Positions 47,801 to 60,000 of a DNA stretch of 64,000 bases are shown piece after piece (within the stretch, counting starts at the first letter, position 1; each line of letters begins with the position of its first letter). This DNA comes from Cyanophora paradoxa CCMP329 (lineage: Eukaryota; Plantae; Glaucophyta). The position numbers and the translations under genes were made by a program. A model generated the notes under the pieces. The model was not told the DNA's origin, ran no database searches, and worked only from the letters and a program-made list of their open reading frames with translations. Where the stretch lies: assembly GCA_004431415.1 (NCBI GenBank), contig QPMI01000435.1:186001-250000 (forward strand), in the 5' to 3' direction.

Positions 47801-50489
47801 GGCAGGTGCCGAGCGGGTCCGGGGCGACGGCGGCGGCGGTGGCGATGCAGTCGGGGGTGGCGGTGCTGGAGAACTGCTCGGTGACGTCGCGGGACGGGCC
47901 CGGCGTGCTCGTCTCGCCGGCCTGCCGCGGGACGCTGCGCCAGTGCGAGGTCCGCGCCTGCGGCTCCCACGGCGTCGTCCTCGAGCCCGCCTGCAAGGGC
48001 GCCGTGCGCCCCCGCCCGCCCCCCGCCCGCCCCGCTCGCCGCGCCCGCGCGACCGCCCGCCGCCCCGCCTCACGCGCTCCGGCCCGTCGGCAGACGCTCG
48101 AGCTGTGCGACGTGCGCGGGAACGCCCTCTGCGGCGTGCGGGCCCGCCGCCGCGCCGCCCCCGTCATCCGAGGCGCGCCGCCCTGCCCCCCGCCCGCCTT
48201 CCGCCCGCCGGCGCCGGCCCCTGGCCTGACGGGGCGCCTGGCGCAGGGTGCGTGGTGCGGGAGAACGGGGCGGCGGGGCATGGTTCACGGACGGTGCCGG
48301 CGGGCTCGTCGAGGGCACCGCCTTCTCGGACAACGCCTGCGCCGCCATCGAGGTCCCGCGCCCCGCCCGCGGGGCGCCCCGCCCGCGGGGCGCCCCGCCC
48401 GTCCCGCCCGGCGCGCAGCTCATCGGCCTGGGCCCAGGTCGCGAGCTCGGCGCGCCCGACGGTGCGGAGGTGCCGCTTCAGCGGCTGCGACGGTGCGCGC
48501 GACGAGCCGCCGGCCCACGGGCGCGGGCGCGGCCCACCGGGCGGGGCGCCGCAGGGGAGCCTTCCTGGTGACGGACGAGGGCGCCGGCCTCTTCGAGGAG
48601 TGCGACGTCGCCGGCGGCGCCATGCCCGCCGCCGAGGCCCGCCCCGCCTGCCCCGCCTGCTTCGCCCCGGTGCTCCCCTCCCCGCGCGCGCGCCTGACGG
48701 GCGGCGCCGGGGCAGGTGCTGCGGGCGTCGAGCCCGGCGTTCGCGCGGTGCGTGGTGCGGGACGTGGACGGGCCGGCGTTCGTCTTCGAGGACGCGGGGG
48801 GCACCGTCGAGGGCTGCGACCTCTACGGCAACGCCGGCCACGCCCTCCTCCTCCGCCGCGGCGCCTTCCCCACCGTCCGCGCCAACAAGATCCACGACCG
48901 GCCCGCCCCCGCAGCCCGCCCCCCTTCCCCCGCGAGGCCGGCCGGCCGGCTGCTGACACCGCCCCGTGCGGCGCGCAGGCTCGGCATCCTGATCACGGAC
49001 CGCGCCCGGGGCGTCATCGAGAGGAACGAGGCGCGCCGCGCCGCGCCCGCCGGACCCGCGCTCGCCCCGGGGCCGCGGTCCGACGCGCGGGGCGCAGCTC
49101 TTCGGGAACGTCTCGGTGGCGATTGCGATCGGGGAGGGGCGAGCCCCGTCGTCCGCGCCAACCGCATCGTCAACGGCCGCAAGGGCGGAATGCGCGCCCC
49201 GCCCCGCCCCGCCCCGCCCCGCCCCGCCCCGCCCGCGCCCCCACGCCGGCTGCGGCCGCCCCTCGTGAACCGCGCGCGCGCAGATACATCTACGCCGGCT
49301 CGTCGGGCCTCATTGAGGAGAACGGTCCGTCCTTGGGCCCGAGGGGCGGCGGGCGGGCGGGCGTGCGGGGCCGGGCCGCTCGCCTTGCTCCCCGCGCGCT
49401 CACGGCCTCGGCTGGGCGGACGTGGGGGCAGAGATCCGGCGGAACATGGGGACGGGGGTGGAGGTCTGCGCCAAGTCGTGCCCGACGCTGCGCCGCAACG
49501 TCATCATCGAGGGGCGGGTGCGCCCGCGCTGCGCCCCGCGGCCCGCCCCGCCCCGTCCCGCCGGCCGCCGAGCCCGGGCGATCAGGACGGGCACGGGATC
49601 GAGTTCCTGGACGGCGCCGGCGGCCTCGCCGAGGAGAACGTGATCCAGGCGCGGGGCCCCGCCGCGCCCCGCCCCGTCCGCCGCGCCCGCCCGCGCCGCC
49701 CGCCCGTGACGCGTTTGGCGGCGGGGCGCAGAGCTGCCCGCTCTGGGGCGTCTGCATCGGCTCCGGCTCGGACCCGACCCTCCGCCGCAACCGCATCGCC
49801 TCCCAGCGGGTCCCCGCCCCCGCCCCGCCCCGCCCCGCCCCGCCCCGCCCCGCCCCGCCCCGCCCCGCCCCGCCCCGCCCCGGCGCCCGTCCCGAAGCCT
49901 GCGGGCCGGCAGGGCGGCGGCGTGTGGGTGAACGGGGACGCGTCGCCCCTCGTGGAAGCGAACGAGGCGAGGGCGGCCCGCCGCTCGAGCTCGAGCTCGC
50001 TCGCGCGCGCGCCGCTGAGGCGGGCGGGGCGGCAGATCGCGCTGAACGCCTCGCACGGCGTGCGCGTGGACGCCGGGCGGCCCATCGTCCGCTCCAACCA
50101 GGCCCGCCCCGCCGCCCGCTCCCGCCCCGCCGCCCGCTCCCGCCCCGCCCCGCCCCGGGGGCGAGCTGCAGCGCGCAGATCAAGGAGAACCACGGCGCGG
50201 GCATCTGGGTCGCGGAGGGCGCGGGGGGCACCTACACGGGCAACGTCCTCAACGGCAACCAGGGGGGTGCCCTCAAGCGGGTGCGCCGCCCGCACCCCCT
50301 CGCGAGCCCTCCCGGCTCGGCTGAGGGCGGCGGCAGATGGGCGCGGGGGGCGTGCCGGGCTCCCCCTCAGGCCCGTCGCGGAGCCCGCAGCAGGCCCCGC
50401 GGGGCGAGGGCCAGGTGCTCGACTCGGTCCTGCCCTTAGGTCTGGGGCAAAGCGCAGCGCCCGCGCGGAGCGCTGGTGGCGGCAGCTAG
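44848..50489 (+). CDS. Right-handed parallel beta-helix (PbH1/CASH) repeat protein, FBXO11-like C-terminal region
   Basis: SIATALALARPGDTVLIHPGVYRESLRV followed by many repeats (PTVRANKIHD..LGILITDRARGVIERNE; SPVVRANRIVNGRKGGIYIYAGSSGLIEENE; PTLRRNRIA; GGGVWVNGDASPLVEANE; IKENHGAGIWV). N-terminal helical region; no F-box seen. Confidence 0.85.
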
Positions 50490-51099
50490 CGATCGTACTA
50501 GCGTAGTACGTACACCGGATGGCATCGATATCATGTCACAGCAGAGAGCTCCGTAAGCAAGCTGCGAGGGGGGTACGGCGAACAGCGCTTGCTAGCTAGG
50601 TGGCCTATAGATCTAGAGCTAGGTGCAGAGATCCAAGGATCGCAGCGAGCGTCGCTCTCGGCAGCCGATGGCGCTCGTCGGCGGTGCTCGAGCCGGCGGT
50701 GCTCGAGCCGGCGGCGCGCGCGTCCTTCTTGTCGTCGATGCCAGCCTGCAGACAAGCAAGAGGAGGCGCAGGTCTCTTATATTAGCTTGCTTTCGTCCGC
50801 GCCCTGCGTTCATCCGGATCCGCCCTCAAGCTTCACACGCCCGGCTGGCCTGCCGCGTATGAACTCCTTGAGAACATCAGCGGCAGCGGCGCGCAGATCT
50901 GGAAGCACATCTTCTTATAGCAGAAGCATTCTCGCATCATGACCGGCATCCGTACGCGGCGCCCGCTGAGTTCAAATCGTCAGCTCAACAGCTCCAGGTG
51001 CAGCCGAGCATCTCACAGAGAGCTCGAATCGAAGCTCGGGCGGCCGCGGGCCCTTCCGTTCCGTTTCCCGAGACCGCACGTCTCGATTCCGCGGCGCAG

Positions 51100-52673
51100 C
51101 GTGGCCGCACAGCTTGCGCGCCCATTCGAGCGCGTGGACGACCCCATCCTCGCGCGCGTCCTTGAGCTCGTCGGCCTGTGCGACGCGTGGCCGCTGCGCG
51201 CCGTTTGCCGCCGCTGGAAGGCCGCCGCCGAGGAGTCCCCGTGGACCGTCTTCCGCCTGGCGGCGCCCGCCGGCCTCCCCGCCGCAAGGAACGCAGCGCA
51301 TCTCCGCCGGTGGGCGGCGCGCGTGCGCAGTGGGCGCGTGCGGGTCGCCCGCGGGGCCGAGCTGGAGGTGGCTCTGGCGGGCGGGGCTGGGGCGGAGCAG
51401 CGGGCGGCCGCCGCGCAGCTCGCCGAGGCGTGCCAGGAGGCCTGCGGGGGCGGCCTGCGCTCCTTTGCCGTCTCCTGCCCTCCCGGCCTCGAGGTGCGCC
51501 GTGCATGCCGCGCCGACTCTCCGCTCGCTGGCCGACCGCGCCGCGCAGGGGGCGGCCGCCGCTCTGCTGGCCCGCGCCTGCCGCGCCCGCTCGGGGCGCA
51601 TCTCTTCGTTCGCCGTCCTCCACTCGACCGGCATCCAGGTGCCGCCGCGCCCGTCCCGCCCCGCCGGGGACCCCGCCGACGGCGCCGCAGGGACGGGAGC
51701 AGCTCGTGCTCGCGGCGTGCTTCCCCGGGGGCGCGTTCCTCGCCGAGCCGTTTCCGGCGGCCCCGGGCGCCCCCGCCGCCTCGCCGGCCGCCGCCGCCGC
51801 CTTCGAGAGGGCCCTTTTCGCCCTCTCCCTGCACGCCCTGGACGACCTGCTCCTCGTGCCCCCGCCCGGCCCGCCCCTCGGCCCCGGCCTCGCCGCCCTC
51901 CTCCGCGGCCGCTCCCGCCGCTGCCTCGCCTCCCTCCGCGTCGCCGGCCAGCGCGGCGCGGCCACCCTGCCCCTTGCCCTGTCGCCCGCCGCCGCCCTCG
52001 AGCTCGCCCCGCGCGCCGCGCGCCTGCTGCCTCCCGGCCAGTGGCCTCCCGTTCTGGTGGTGCGCCGTACCCTCTCCCCCGTCCCCCTCCCCGCTCCTCG
52101 CCGACGTCAACGCAGCTGGAGGAGGGCCGTGGCGGGGAGGGGGGCGAGGGGGCGCGGGGGCTGGCGCCCCTCCTCGCGGGGCCGGCGCGGCTCCTGTCCG
52201 CCCTCCGCCTCGACCTCCGCCTGGGCCCCGGCCAGTCGGGCGCCGCCCTCATGCGCCTCGCCGCCGCCGCCCTCCGCGCCGCCGACTCCCCGCAGCAGCG
52301 GCCCGTGACGATCTCCGTCGGGGGGCGGGTGCCGGGGCCGGGCGGGGGCGGGGCGGGGGCGCCGGTGTACGGCCCGGCGCTGGGGGCGCTGATCGGGGCG
52401 GCGGGGCGGGGCCTGGAGGCGCTGGGCGTGCGCTCGGGCCTCCCGCTGGGCTTCGAGGAGGCGGCGGCCCTCGCGCGGCTCCGGCCCGCAGCGTCCGCCT
52501 CCAGCACCGCTGCCTCCACCAGCGCCTCGACCCCGCCCCTACTCCCTGCTCGCCCCCTCGCCCCCGCCCTCGAGCTCCTCGAGCTCGCGCTGGGCGGCCC
52601 CGCCCCGAGCGCGCCGCCGCCGCCGCCGAGCTCGCCCGCCTCCTCCCCGCCGCCGCCGCCGCCGTCCGCGTAA
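51100..52673 (+). CDS. F-box-like domain protein with Ala/Leu-rich degenerate repeats (start unresolved)
   Basis: PFERVDDPILARVLELVGLCDAWPLRAVCRRWKAAAE is an F-box-like motif; downstream Leu/Ala-rich exons end at TAA 52671-52673. Confidence 0.7.
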
Positions 52674-53168
52674 CGGCCCCGCCGGCCCCGCGCCGGCCCC
52701 GCGCGCCCCCTCCGCATCCCCCGCGCGCCCTTCCATGAACTTCGAGCTCACTTCCTGCGCTATGAGCCCTGAGCTCATGGCTCGCATCGATATCGCTCAT
52801 GAGCCCTGAGCTCATGAGCTCAATTTCATTTGTGATATTGAGCAAAGGACCGGGGTTGGTCACAGGTTTCGAGGTTTACGGTCGGGCTGCCGAGGGCCCG
52901 GTTTGAGATCTAGAGTCAATCTTAAGATAGATCTAGAGGGCCGGGAGAGGCCGTGGGGCGCTGCTGCTCAGAGGTCGGAGGGGGGCCGGTCTGCGGCGGG
53001 CGACGGCGCCGGGGACAAATTCCTGGAGCCGTGATCGAAGATCGAGGAGGGGACGTTCACCGGCGAGCTCGAGCTCGATTCGCCCGCGCGGGCGGTGACG
53101 CTGCAGCTGCCTCCCCCGCCGGCCCGCCTCCGGCGAGCCTATACACAAGTAAAAAGGGGGTCGCCGGA

Positions 53169-53390
53169 GCCTGTTTCAGCCTGATTTAAATCAGGCTTAA
53201 ATACGTATACGGCTGAGACAGGCCGCCGGGCTGGGCGAAACAGGCTCAGCCTTATTTCGGAGGATTCAGCCTGATTTGAAACAGGCTTGAATCAGGCTGA
53301 ATCGGGCTGAATGAGGCTTGAATCAGGCTGGAGTCAGGCTGACGGCTCAGCCTGATTCCAGCCTGCTTTCTAATCAGGCTAGCCTGATTT
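53169..53390. repeat. Mixed direct/inverted array of a ~10-bp unit (AATCAGGCTG)
   Basis: More than a dozen copies in both orientations; perfect palindromes AGCCTGATTTAAATCAGGCT (53178-53197) and AATCAGGCTAGCCTGATT (53372-53389). Confidence 0.85.
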
Positions 53391-53445
53391 AACGCGGGGG
53401 GCTGCGCGGGGCGGGCCGCGCGCTGACGGGGCGGGCGGGGGACAG

Positions 53446-55530
53446 GCGGTGGCCGTGATCGCCGCTTGCGTCGGCGTCGGCGTCCTCCTCATCGCCGGCG
53501 CCGCCCTCTTCCTGCTCGTCCGCCGCAGGCGCGCCCCCGCACTCTCCGAGCCGCCCCGCCGCCAGCCGCGCGCTCGCCTCTGACGCCGCCGCCGCAGCCG
53601 TTGCCGCCGCACCGCCGCGCCCGCGTTCGATGCCGATCGCGAGTCGGGCGGCGCGTTCCCCCCAATTCCCCCCGGCGCCCCGGCCCCGCGGCGGCGCCCG
53701 CGCTCTGAGCTCTGACCGGCCCCCGCAGCCGTCGTCATCGTCGGGTCGGGCGGGGCGGTAGGCAAGATCTACCCCGCCGTGCGCCTCCATCCCCCCCCCC
53801 CCCCCCCCCCTACACACACACCCCTCGCCCCACCGCCCTCTCCCTCCGTTCCCCTCTCAACGTACCCCAATCTCCCCGTGGCTCGAGGGCGGTTCCGAGC
53901 CCCGCGGACTCTGGCACCGCCACCGCGACGGGTGCGCCCCGCCCCGCCCCCGCCCCCGCCCCGCGCCGCTCGCCGGCTCTCCGCTAAGCCCCCCCCCCCC
54001 CCCCCCCCCCCCCCCTCCCTTTTTCTCCAGACTCGATGGCGCTCCGGGCGACGGACATCAGTCTCTCGGCCCCCGCCACCGAGCGGCGCGCCCTGGCGCG
54101 CCCCTCGCCGCCCCCGCGCCCCGCTCTGACCGCCCGGCCCGCAGCCTGCCCCGCACCGCCTCGGCCTCGGCCGGCGCCCGCCTCATCGCCAGCCTCACGC
54201 TCGCCCCGGCCTCCGACCCAGCCCTCTTCTCCCGGTACCCCCGGTCCGCGCCCCCTCCCCCCCCCTTCCCCCTCGACGCCTGGCACAGAGCGGCGTGCAC
54301 GAAGTGTGGGGCGCCGGGGAGCGGCTGGACGGCGGAGGGCGACGCCGCCGCCGCCGCCTGCGCCGCCTGCGGCCTCCCGCTGGCCCGCCCCCGGCCCCGC
54401 CCGGCCCCGCCGCCGCGCCGGGCTGACGGGCCCCGCAGGTGGTCGACCAGCGCTTCTTCCCGGCGGCGCGCATCGGTGGAGGCCAGTTCGGCACCGCCTT
54501 CGTGCGCCCGCCCCCGCGCTCGGCGAGCCGGCCGCGGCCGACGGCGGCTCGGGGGGGGGGGGGGGGGGCGCAGCTGGCGGTGGACCTGCACTCGCCGAGC
54601 CGGCGGCAGTGCGTCGTCAAGTGGGTCCGCCCCCGCCCCGCCCCTTCCTCCCCGCCCCGCTCCAGCTCAGAGCCGCCGCCCCGCGCAGTTCACCTTCCTC
54701 GAGCAGTGCGCCCCGTACCTGTACCCCCTCCCCTTCCCCCTCCCGACCCACCCGCCCCCCTCCAGCTCGTCGAACGAGGAGCACGTCGCGCGGGCCGCAG
54801 CCATGCATGGTGCGCGCCCCCGCACCCCTCCCCCGCGCCCCCGGCGTGGCCTCGTACCCCCCGCCTGAACGTCCCCGGCGCGCAGGGCCGTACCCTGGAG
54901 GCTCTCAACCACCCCTACATCCCCAAGGCGAGCGAAACAGCGCGCCCCCGCCGCCCGCTCTGACGCGGCCCCGGGCCCCGCCCGGCCCGCAGCTCCTGGG
55001 GTCCTTCGTCTGGCTGGTGACCCCCGCCCCCGCGCGGGCCGCGCCCTGCGCGTACCCCCGCTCATAGTCCCCGGCGCTGCAGAACGATCTGTACAACGTG
55101 ATGGACTATGCAAGCTCTTGTGTTTCGATGGCCCTCCCCACCCCCCGGACTCACCCGCGCCCACGGAAGGTGCCCGGGGAGGACCTGCAGCGGGCCCTGC
55201 GGCATGCGCAGCGCGCCGACCTTCCCCGAGGCCGAGGCGCGCCCCGCCCCGCCCCGCGCCGCCCTGCTCGATCCGCGCCATCTGATGGAGGCGGGGCAGG
55301 ACGCGCTGGAGCACGTCCACTCGTGCGGCCTCCTCCACCGCGACGTGCGCCCCGCCGCCCCGCCCCGCCCCGCCCCGTGGGCCCCCGCCTGAGCGGGGCG
55401 GGCCGCGGGGCGGGGGCAGGTGAAGCCGTCGAATGTGATCGCGGGGCGCGGCGGGGCCTTCCACCTCGTCGACTTCGGCATCTCCGCCGCCCAGCGCACC
55501 CATCAGCAGGTCCGCACCCTAGGTCTAGAC
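53446..55530 (+). pseudogene. Truncated transmembrane Ser/Thr protein kinase (subdomains I-VII only)
   Basis: TM AVAVIAACVGVGVLLIAGAALFLLVRRRR; IGGGQFGTAF, CVVK, LNHPYIPKL, VMDYVPGEDL, LHRDVKPSN and LVDFG. No APE or later subdomains, no upstream exons found, and frame breaks near 54808-54886 and ~55205. Confidence 0.75.
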
Positions 55531-55726
55531 GCAGAGGTGTCGACGTTTGCAAATTGCTATGCATGTACTGGGCCGGCTGCACCCAATTTTGCGTACATGT
55601 GCAAGGGTTACATTTCGATCACATCGATTTCAGTCAGGAAAGCTCATGATCAAGAGTCAGGGCCAGGAGCGTTATAACTATCGATCGAGCTTACTCAATT
55701 TAACAGTAGTACAATGAACTATAGTA

Positions 55727-57015
55727 CAAGCAGGGGGGCTCCGCCCCCCCCGCACCCCCCCCGCTTGCTAGCTGGCCAATCGGAATTGCTGGGTTTAATT
55801 GACAAATCACCAAGTCGCCCGAGTTTTAGACTGTAGCTTTTTGACTGGACTCGCCGTAGTAAGCGATTTCAACTCAACTGGGTACACTGATACTTGAGCA
55901 GGTGTTCGGACTTGTATATATACACCATGCCCGGGTACACGAAAGCCCAATACTATGCAAGCTGGCAAAGCAGTGTTTTTTTCGACTGAATCTATCAGTC
56001 AGACAATTACACCATTGGTGGGCAGTTTTGCTGGCAGGATTTTCCTTTTTTTTCCCTCTTCAAGCTCGCAGCTGCCGTAGTTCGGATGATCCCAAATGTG
56101 TTCAGAACTTACCAGTGGCAGCCTCCGTTTTGCGAGTTTCAAATTCCCAGCCTGGGCCGGTAGTGAAGCGAAGAGCTAGTAATATAAACTAGTTATACAG
56201 TTACCTTTTCACCACAGTACCAGGCCAGGCTGGGAAATTGCAACTCGGCGGCCGACGCTTACCTTTTGCTGCCAAATTTGACATTTGGGACCTGCGAACT
56301 ACGGCTGGTCTGAGCTTGGAGAAGCAAAAAAATGCCACTGGAAACCTTGCCCAATGGTATATTTGTCCATTTCATTTGTTGAGTAGTAAAAAAACAAGCG
56401 GTTCCAGCCCGCATAGTACTGTGGTTTCGTGTACCCATGGGACCCTTTCGCTGGCGGAAAACGCCAATCGTTTACTACAGCGAGTCGACTCAAAAAGCTT
56501 CAGTCTGAAACTTGGGCGATTTCGTGATTGGTCAATTTAAATCAAATAGGCCGGGTACGTCATAATTGCTTACTACGGCGAGTCGAGTCAAAAAGCCCCA
56601 GTCGGAAACTCGAGCGATTTCGTGATTGGTCAATTTAAATCCATGGACTTATATATATATAGCTCACAGCTCGTTTTTTTTAACCGCGGTCGACCCAAGT
56701 TCACCCAACACGGCTGAAAACCGGTTAAAATGAAATCGCTCTTCGGCTACATGGGTTGGCTGGGAACGCGGGCTAGCCCGGCTAGCACTTATAATTATCT
56801 ACACGGAAGCTTGCCGGCTACACGCTGACGTTGGCGCACTAGCCGGCTCGAAGCGGGTGAAAAGTTATCGCGATCGCCGGCTGCCCTAGGCCTTGCCCAT
56901 ACGTATACAACGGGCATGTCGAGTCGATTGGGAAAACAAAACGAGCTGTGCTGTACGGTCTGTACCCAGCTAGCAAGCGGGGGGGGTGCGGGGGGGGCGG
57001 AGCCCCCCCTGCTTG
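55727..57015. mobile_element. Non-autonomous TIR/foldback-type DNA element (1.29 kb) flanked by TA
   Basis: ~49-bp terminal inverted repeats (55727-55775 and 56966-57015) differ by one homopolymer base. TA lies immediately outside each end (55725-26, 57016-17). The interior is AT-rich, palindromic and has no credible ORF. Confidence 0.85.
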
Positions 57016-57086
57016 TAAGGACAAGAGACGCCGTTGAATGTTAACGGCCAGGTAAGTGTCGTTGTCGCATAAATGAAGTGTCGAAT

Positions 57087-60000
57087 TTACAGTCGAAAAT
57101 GAATGACAGAATTTGAAGTCCCGGAAGCGCCAGTGTTCATTTGATTTCCGCGTACAGGTGCACCGCTATGTACATGTCCATATCTGCGAGTGCGCGCGTA
57201 GCACGATTCATGAGCGCGTTATAATTACTTGCATTACGAGAAACCGAGCTCGATTTTTAATTCAAATGATTATATATATAAGCACCTGACTAGTACTTGC
57301 CTCTTTTGCATCCGGTAAAAATTGAGCGCAAGTATTCCTCCCACGATAAGCAGAACCGCGCCCTGCGTGAACGCGACACGAAGTTCATTACAATGACATC
57401 GATACGAGAAGCCGGCGAGCAGCTGCAGCGCACCAGGCCGAGCCCAAGGCCAAGACCGAGCCCGAGGTGCGTTCCGCCCGATCCCGTCCCACCGGAAGTC
57501 GAGGTCGACGTCGAATCTTTGCTCTGCCACGCGGAAAGGGCCCCGGGCGATGACGCCCATGCCAGATACTACGTTCGAAATCAGCAACGCGGCCGGTATC
57601 TCGAGGGTGCGCATGCGCGTACGTTAGACACGAGCAGCTTCTCTCCGTCTGCCTCGATGAGCAGATCGTAGGCGCTGTCGACCGTGAGAAGCAAGGATCG
57701 GCCCGTGCTGCCGCCCAGCCGGCAGCCCGCCGGCGGGGAGCTCGGCACGCCTGGGGGCACGCGAAGCGAGGCGTAAACCCCATGTCCATTAGAGCGGCAA
57801 AACAGCGTGCGCAAACGCACCAATGCATAGCGATGTGCCGCTTTGGCAGAGCTGCACACTCGAGGCGGGATGTGCACAGACGGGCGAGCCGTCGGTACCG
57901 AAAGTTCCGATAAGGACCTGCACGCAGTCCATCATGATCATGATCACGAATTACAACAAGGGCGGCGGAAAGTCCGGCGGGCGCACCGAGTCGGGAAGTC
58001 CAGCAAACTCGCCAGGCCAGGACAGCACCGGCGCCGCCTCGCTTAGCGACGCTTGGATTCTGTGGAGCGCCGGCGCCCTCGTGCCACCAATTGCTCTCAT
58101 CGAGCACCGCCGTAGGGCAGCGGAAGTCGAGCAGTTGAAAGCTGTCATATTAAGGCCGACGGCTGCGCATGCGGAAGGCCTCAATGATTCGATCGCAATT
58201 GCGCGAAAATATGTCAGGATTAGGACAGCGCACATCGCTTCCAGATGATTGCCTAGAAAATGGAACACGTGCACGTGCACGTGCATGTGAGCAGCGGCAA
58301 CCAGCAAAGCCGATCGTGAACACTCAGGAGCGGATCTTACCTTTTCGATGACGATGGATGCCGATGAAGGGTGTGACAGACAAATAGAGTGAAGCGTGTC
58401 TATCGACAGTGCACGCAACGCGCGCCGTCCGCGGCCGTTAGGCCTCGAAGTCGGGACGAACGGTGTGTTCGGGAGCACTGTATTTGTAAAGCAACACACA
58501 AATCAGAACAAGTCCAAGTGAGGCGCTGTTGAGAGTAAGCTTCACTGACCGAAGGAAAAGGTAGTTGCTGGCTTGGGGTTCGCTGGGTTGATAGGCGGCG
58601 TAATCGTCCCGTTCAATTCCAGGGCTTCCCCGATTGCGCTGCATGCCGTTCCATCGAACAGAAAATCGCCTATCCGGACCTGCGAGCGATGCAGTTGGTG
58701 TGAGTTCTGTGAGTTCCGAAGCAAGAGCACAAAGAAGAGAGTAATATATAATATATATAAGATAATTCACCGTTGGGGTGTACAGGTATTCGCCAGGAAT
58801 ATTTACGGTCCGAGAGGCTATCGCCTGAGAGCCACCAGCGCTAGCGGATTCGGGGATTCGAAGGACTGTGGCAAGCGGCTGTTCTGCAACAAATGCGCCA
58901 TTGGGAGAGAGGCGTGCAAAGCGGTCGATGTCGGGAGCAAAGGAAACAAGTGAAGTCAACACAGTTATTTCGGCGCTGCGATTGCCAGCGCCGACCTCGT
59001 TCTCGCACTGAACGAACACGCGCCACTGCTGACCACTTCGAAGACCGTCAGCTGTCAATAGATATGGCGGACTGCTCATTTCTGGGTAGTCAATGCTGGT
59101 CATTGCGATCACTTGCGGTGTTGATTCGGAGCCCTCGATGGAAAAGAGCGTGCACTGCGCAGACCTCAAGTCACACATCCGTTTCCGCACGCGCAGCCCG
59201 CGCATCTCTAATTATAACGCATGCGCAGGTACATCAATTAAGCATACTTTCGTTATGGGCAACGCCTCAGCTGTGTACGGGTCGTAGACCTCGTTGATGG
59301 GGAGTAGAAAGCCGACAGAGACGGATCGGAAAGTGGCTGCTTCTTGACGAACTTCCTGCGGCTGCCCCAGCGCTGAAGCAAAAATTAAAATGGAATGAGC
59401 GCAAAACCACAGTGAGCGGCTGCACGTGGCCATTGCTGGCGCTTGAACAGCTGCAGGATACAGCTGCAATTCTCGTACCTGATCCAGTGGTAGGATACTG
59501 CAGCGCCTGCACGTCCCAGGATCAGGATGCAAAGAAGCGAGCCATGTCTAATCAAGGGCTCACGCCGGCGATCGTTGAAGTGTCACCGCTCACGCGGTTT
59601 GTAAGAGTCATGTCTGCGTTTTGAAAAGTTTCAAGAAAGAAGTTGCGGCTGATGTTCGATATCCGTCCCGAGTATGCGTACCATAGACGCCACCATACTG
59701 TTCGCATCATATCAGAATGCATCAGCGCAGGCTGCACATGTGCGTCTAATTATTTAAGTATTCACCTTCTGGAAGATCAGCGGGCCTGTGCTGAGAAGAT
59801 CTTGAGCACGAGTCAACGCGGGAGTAGGCGACATTTCCTCGTTCGACGGAAGTTCTTTGGGAATTGCTGCAGGCACATATCAGGTGCACATAAATGAATT
59901 GCAGTTCTGATACTTTAAATCACCAGCAGTAGTTTGGCCAGTCTGCGGATCCTGTACGCCGGATCAATATGCGGAAAGTGGCGTTCACAAAAATCATTTT

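Noticed and set aside
49130-49142. Frameshift in the beta-helix gene (AIAIGEG/ASPVV)
   Set aside because: A single missing G in a homopolymer run; likely a sequencing or assembly error.
50678-50714. 15-bp tandem duplication GGCGGTGCTCGAGCC
   Set aside because: Two copies in an intergenic/5' region; unremarkable.
53169-53390. Possible CRISPR or telomeric array
   Set aside because: No unique spacers, mixed orientation, eukaryotic context and no telomere-type unit.
1-55600. Hundreds of long overlapping Pro/Arg/Gly/Ala-rich ORFs on both strands
   Set aside because: Stop codons are scarce in very GC-rich DNA; the recognisable proteins emerge only after splicing.
55902-56540. Short ORFs inside the TIR element as a transposase
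   Set aside because: Under about 100 aa, non-ATG starts, no DDE/HUH motifs, and the region is palindromic non-coding DNA.
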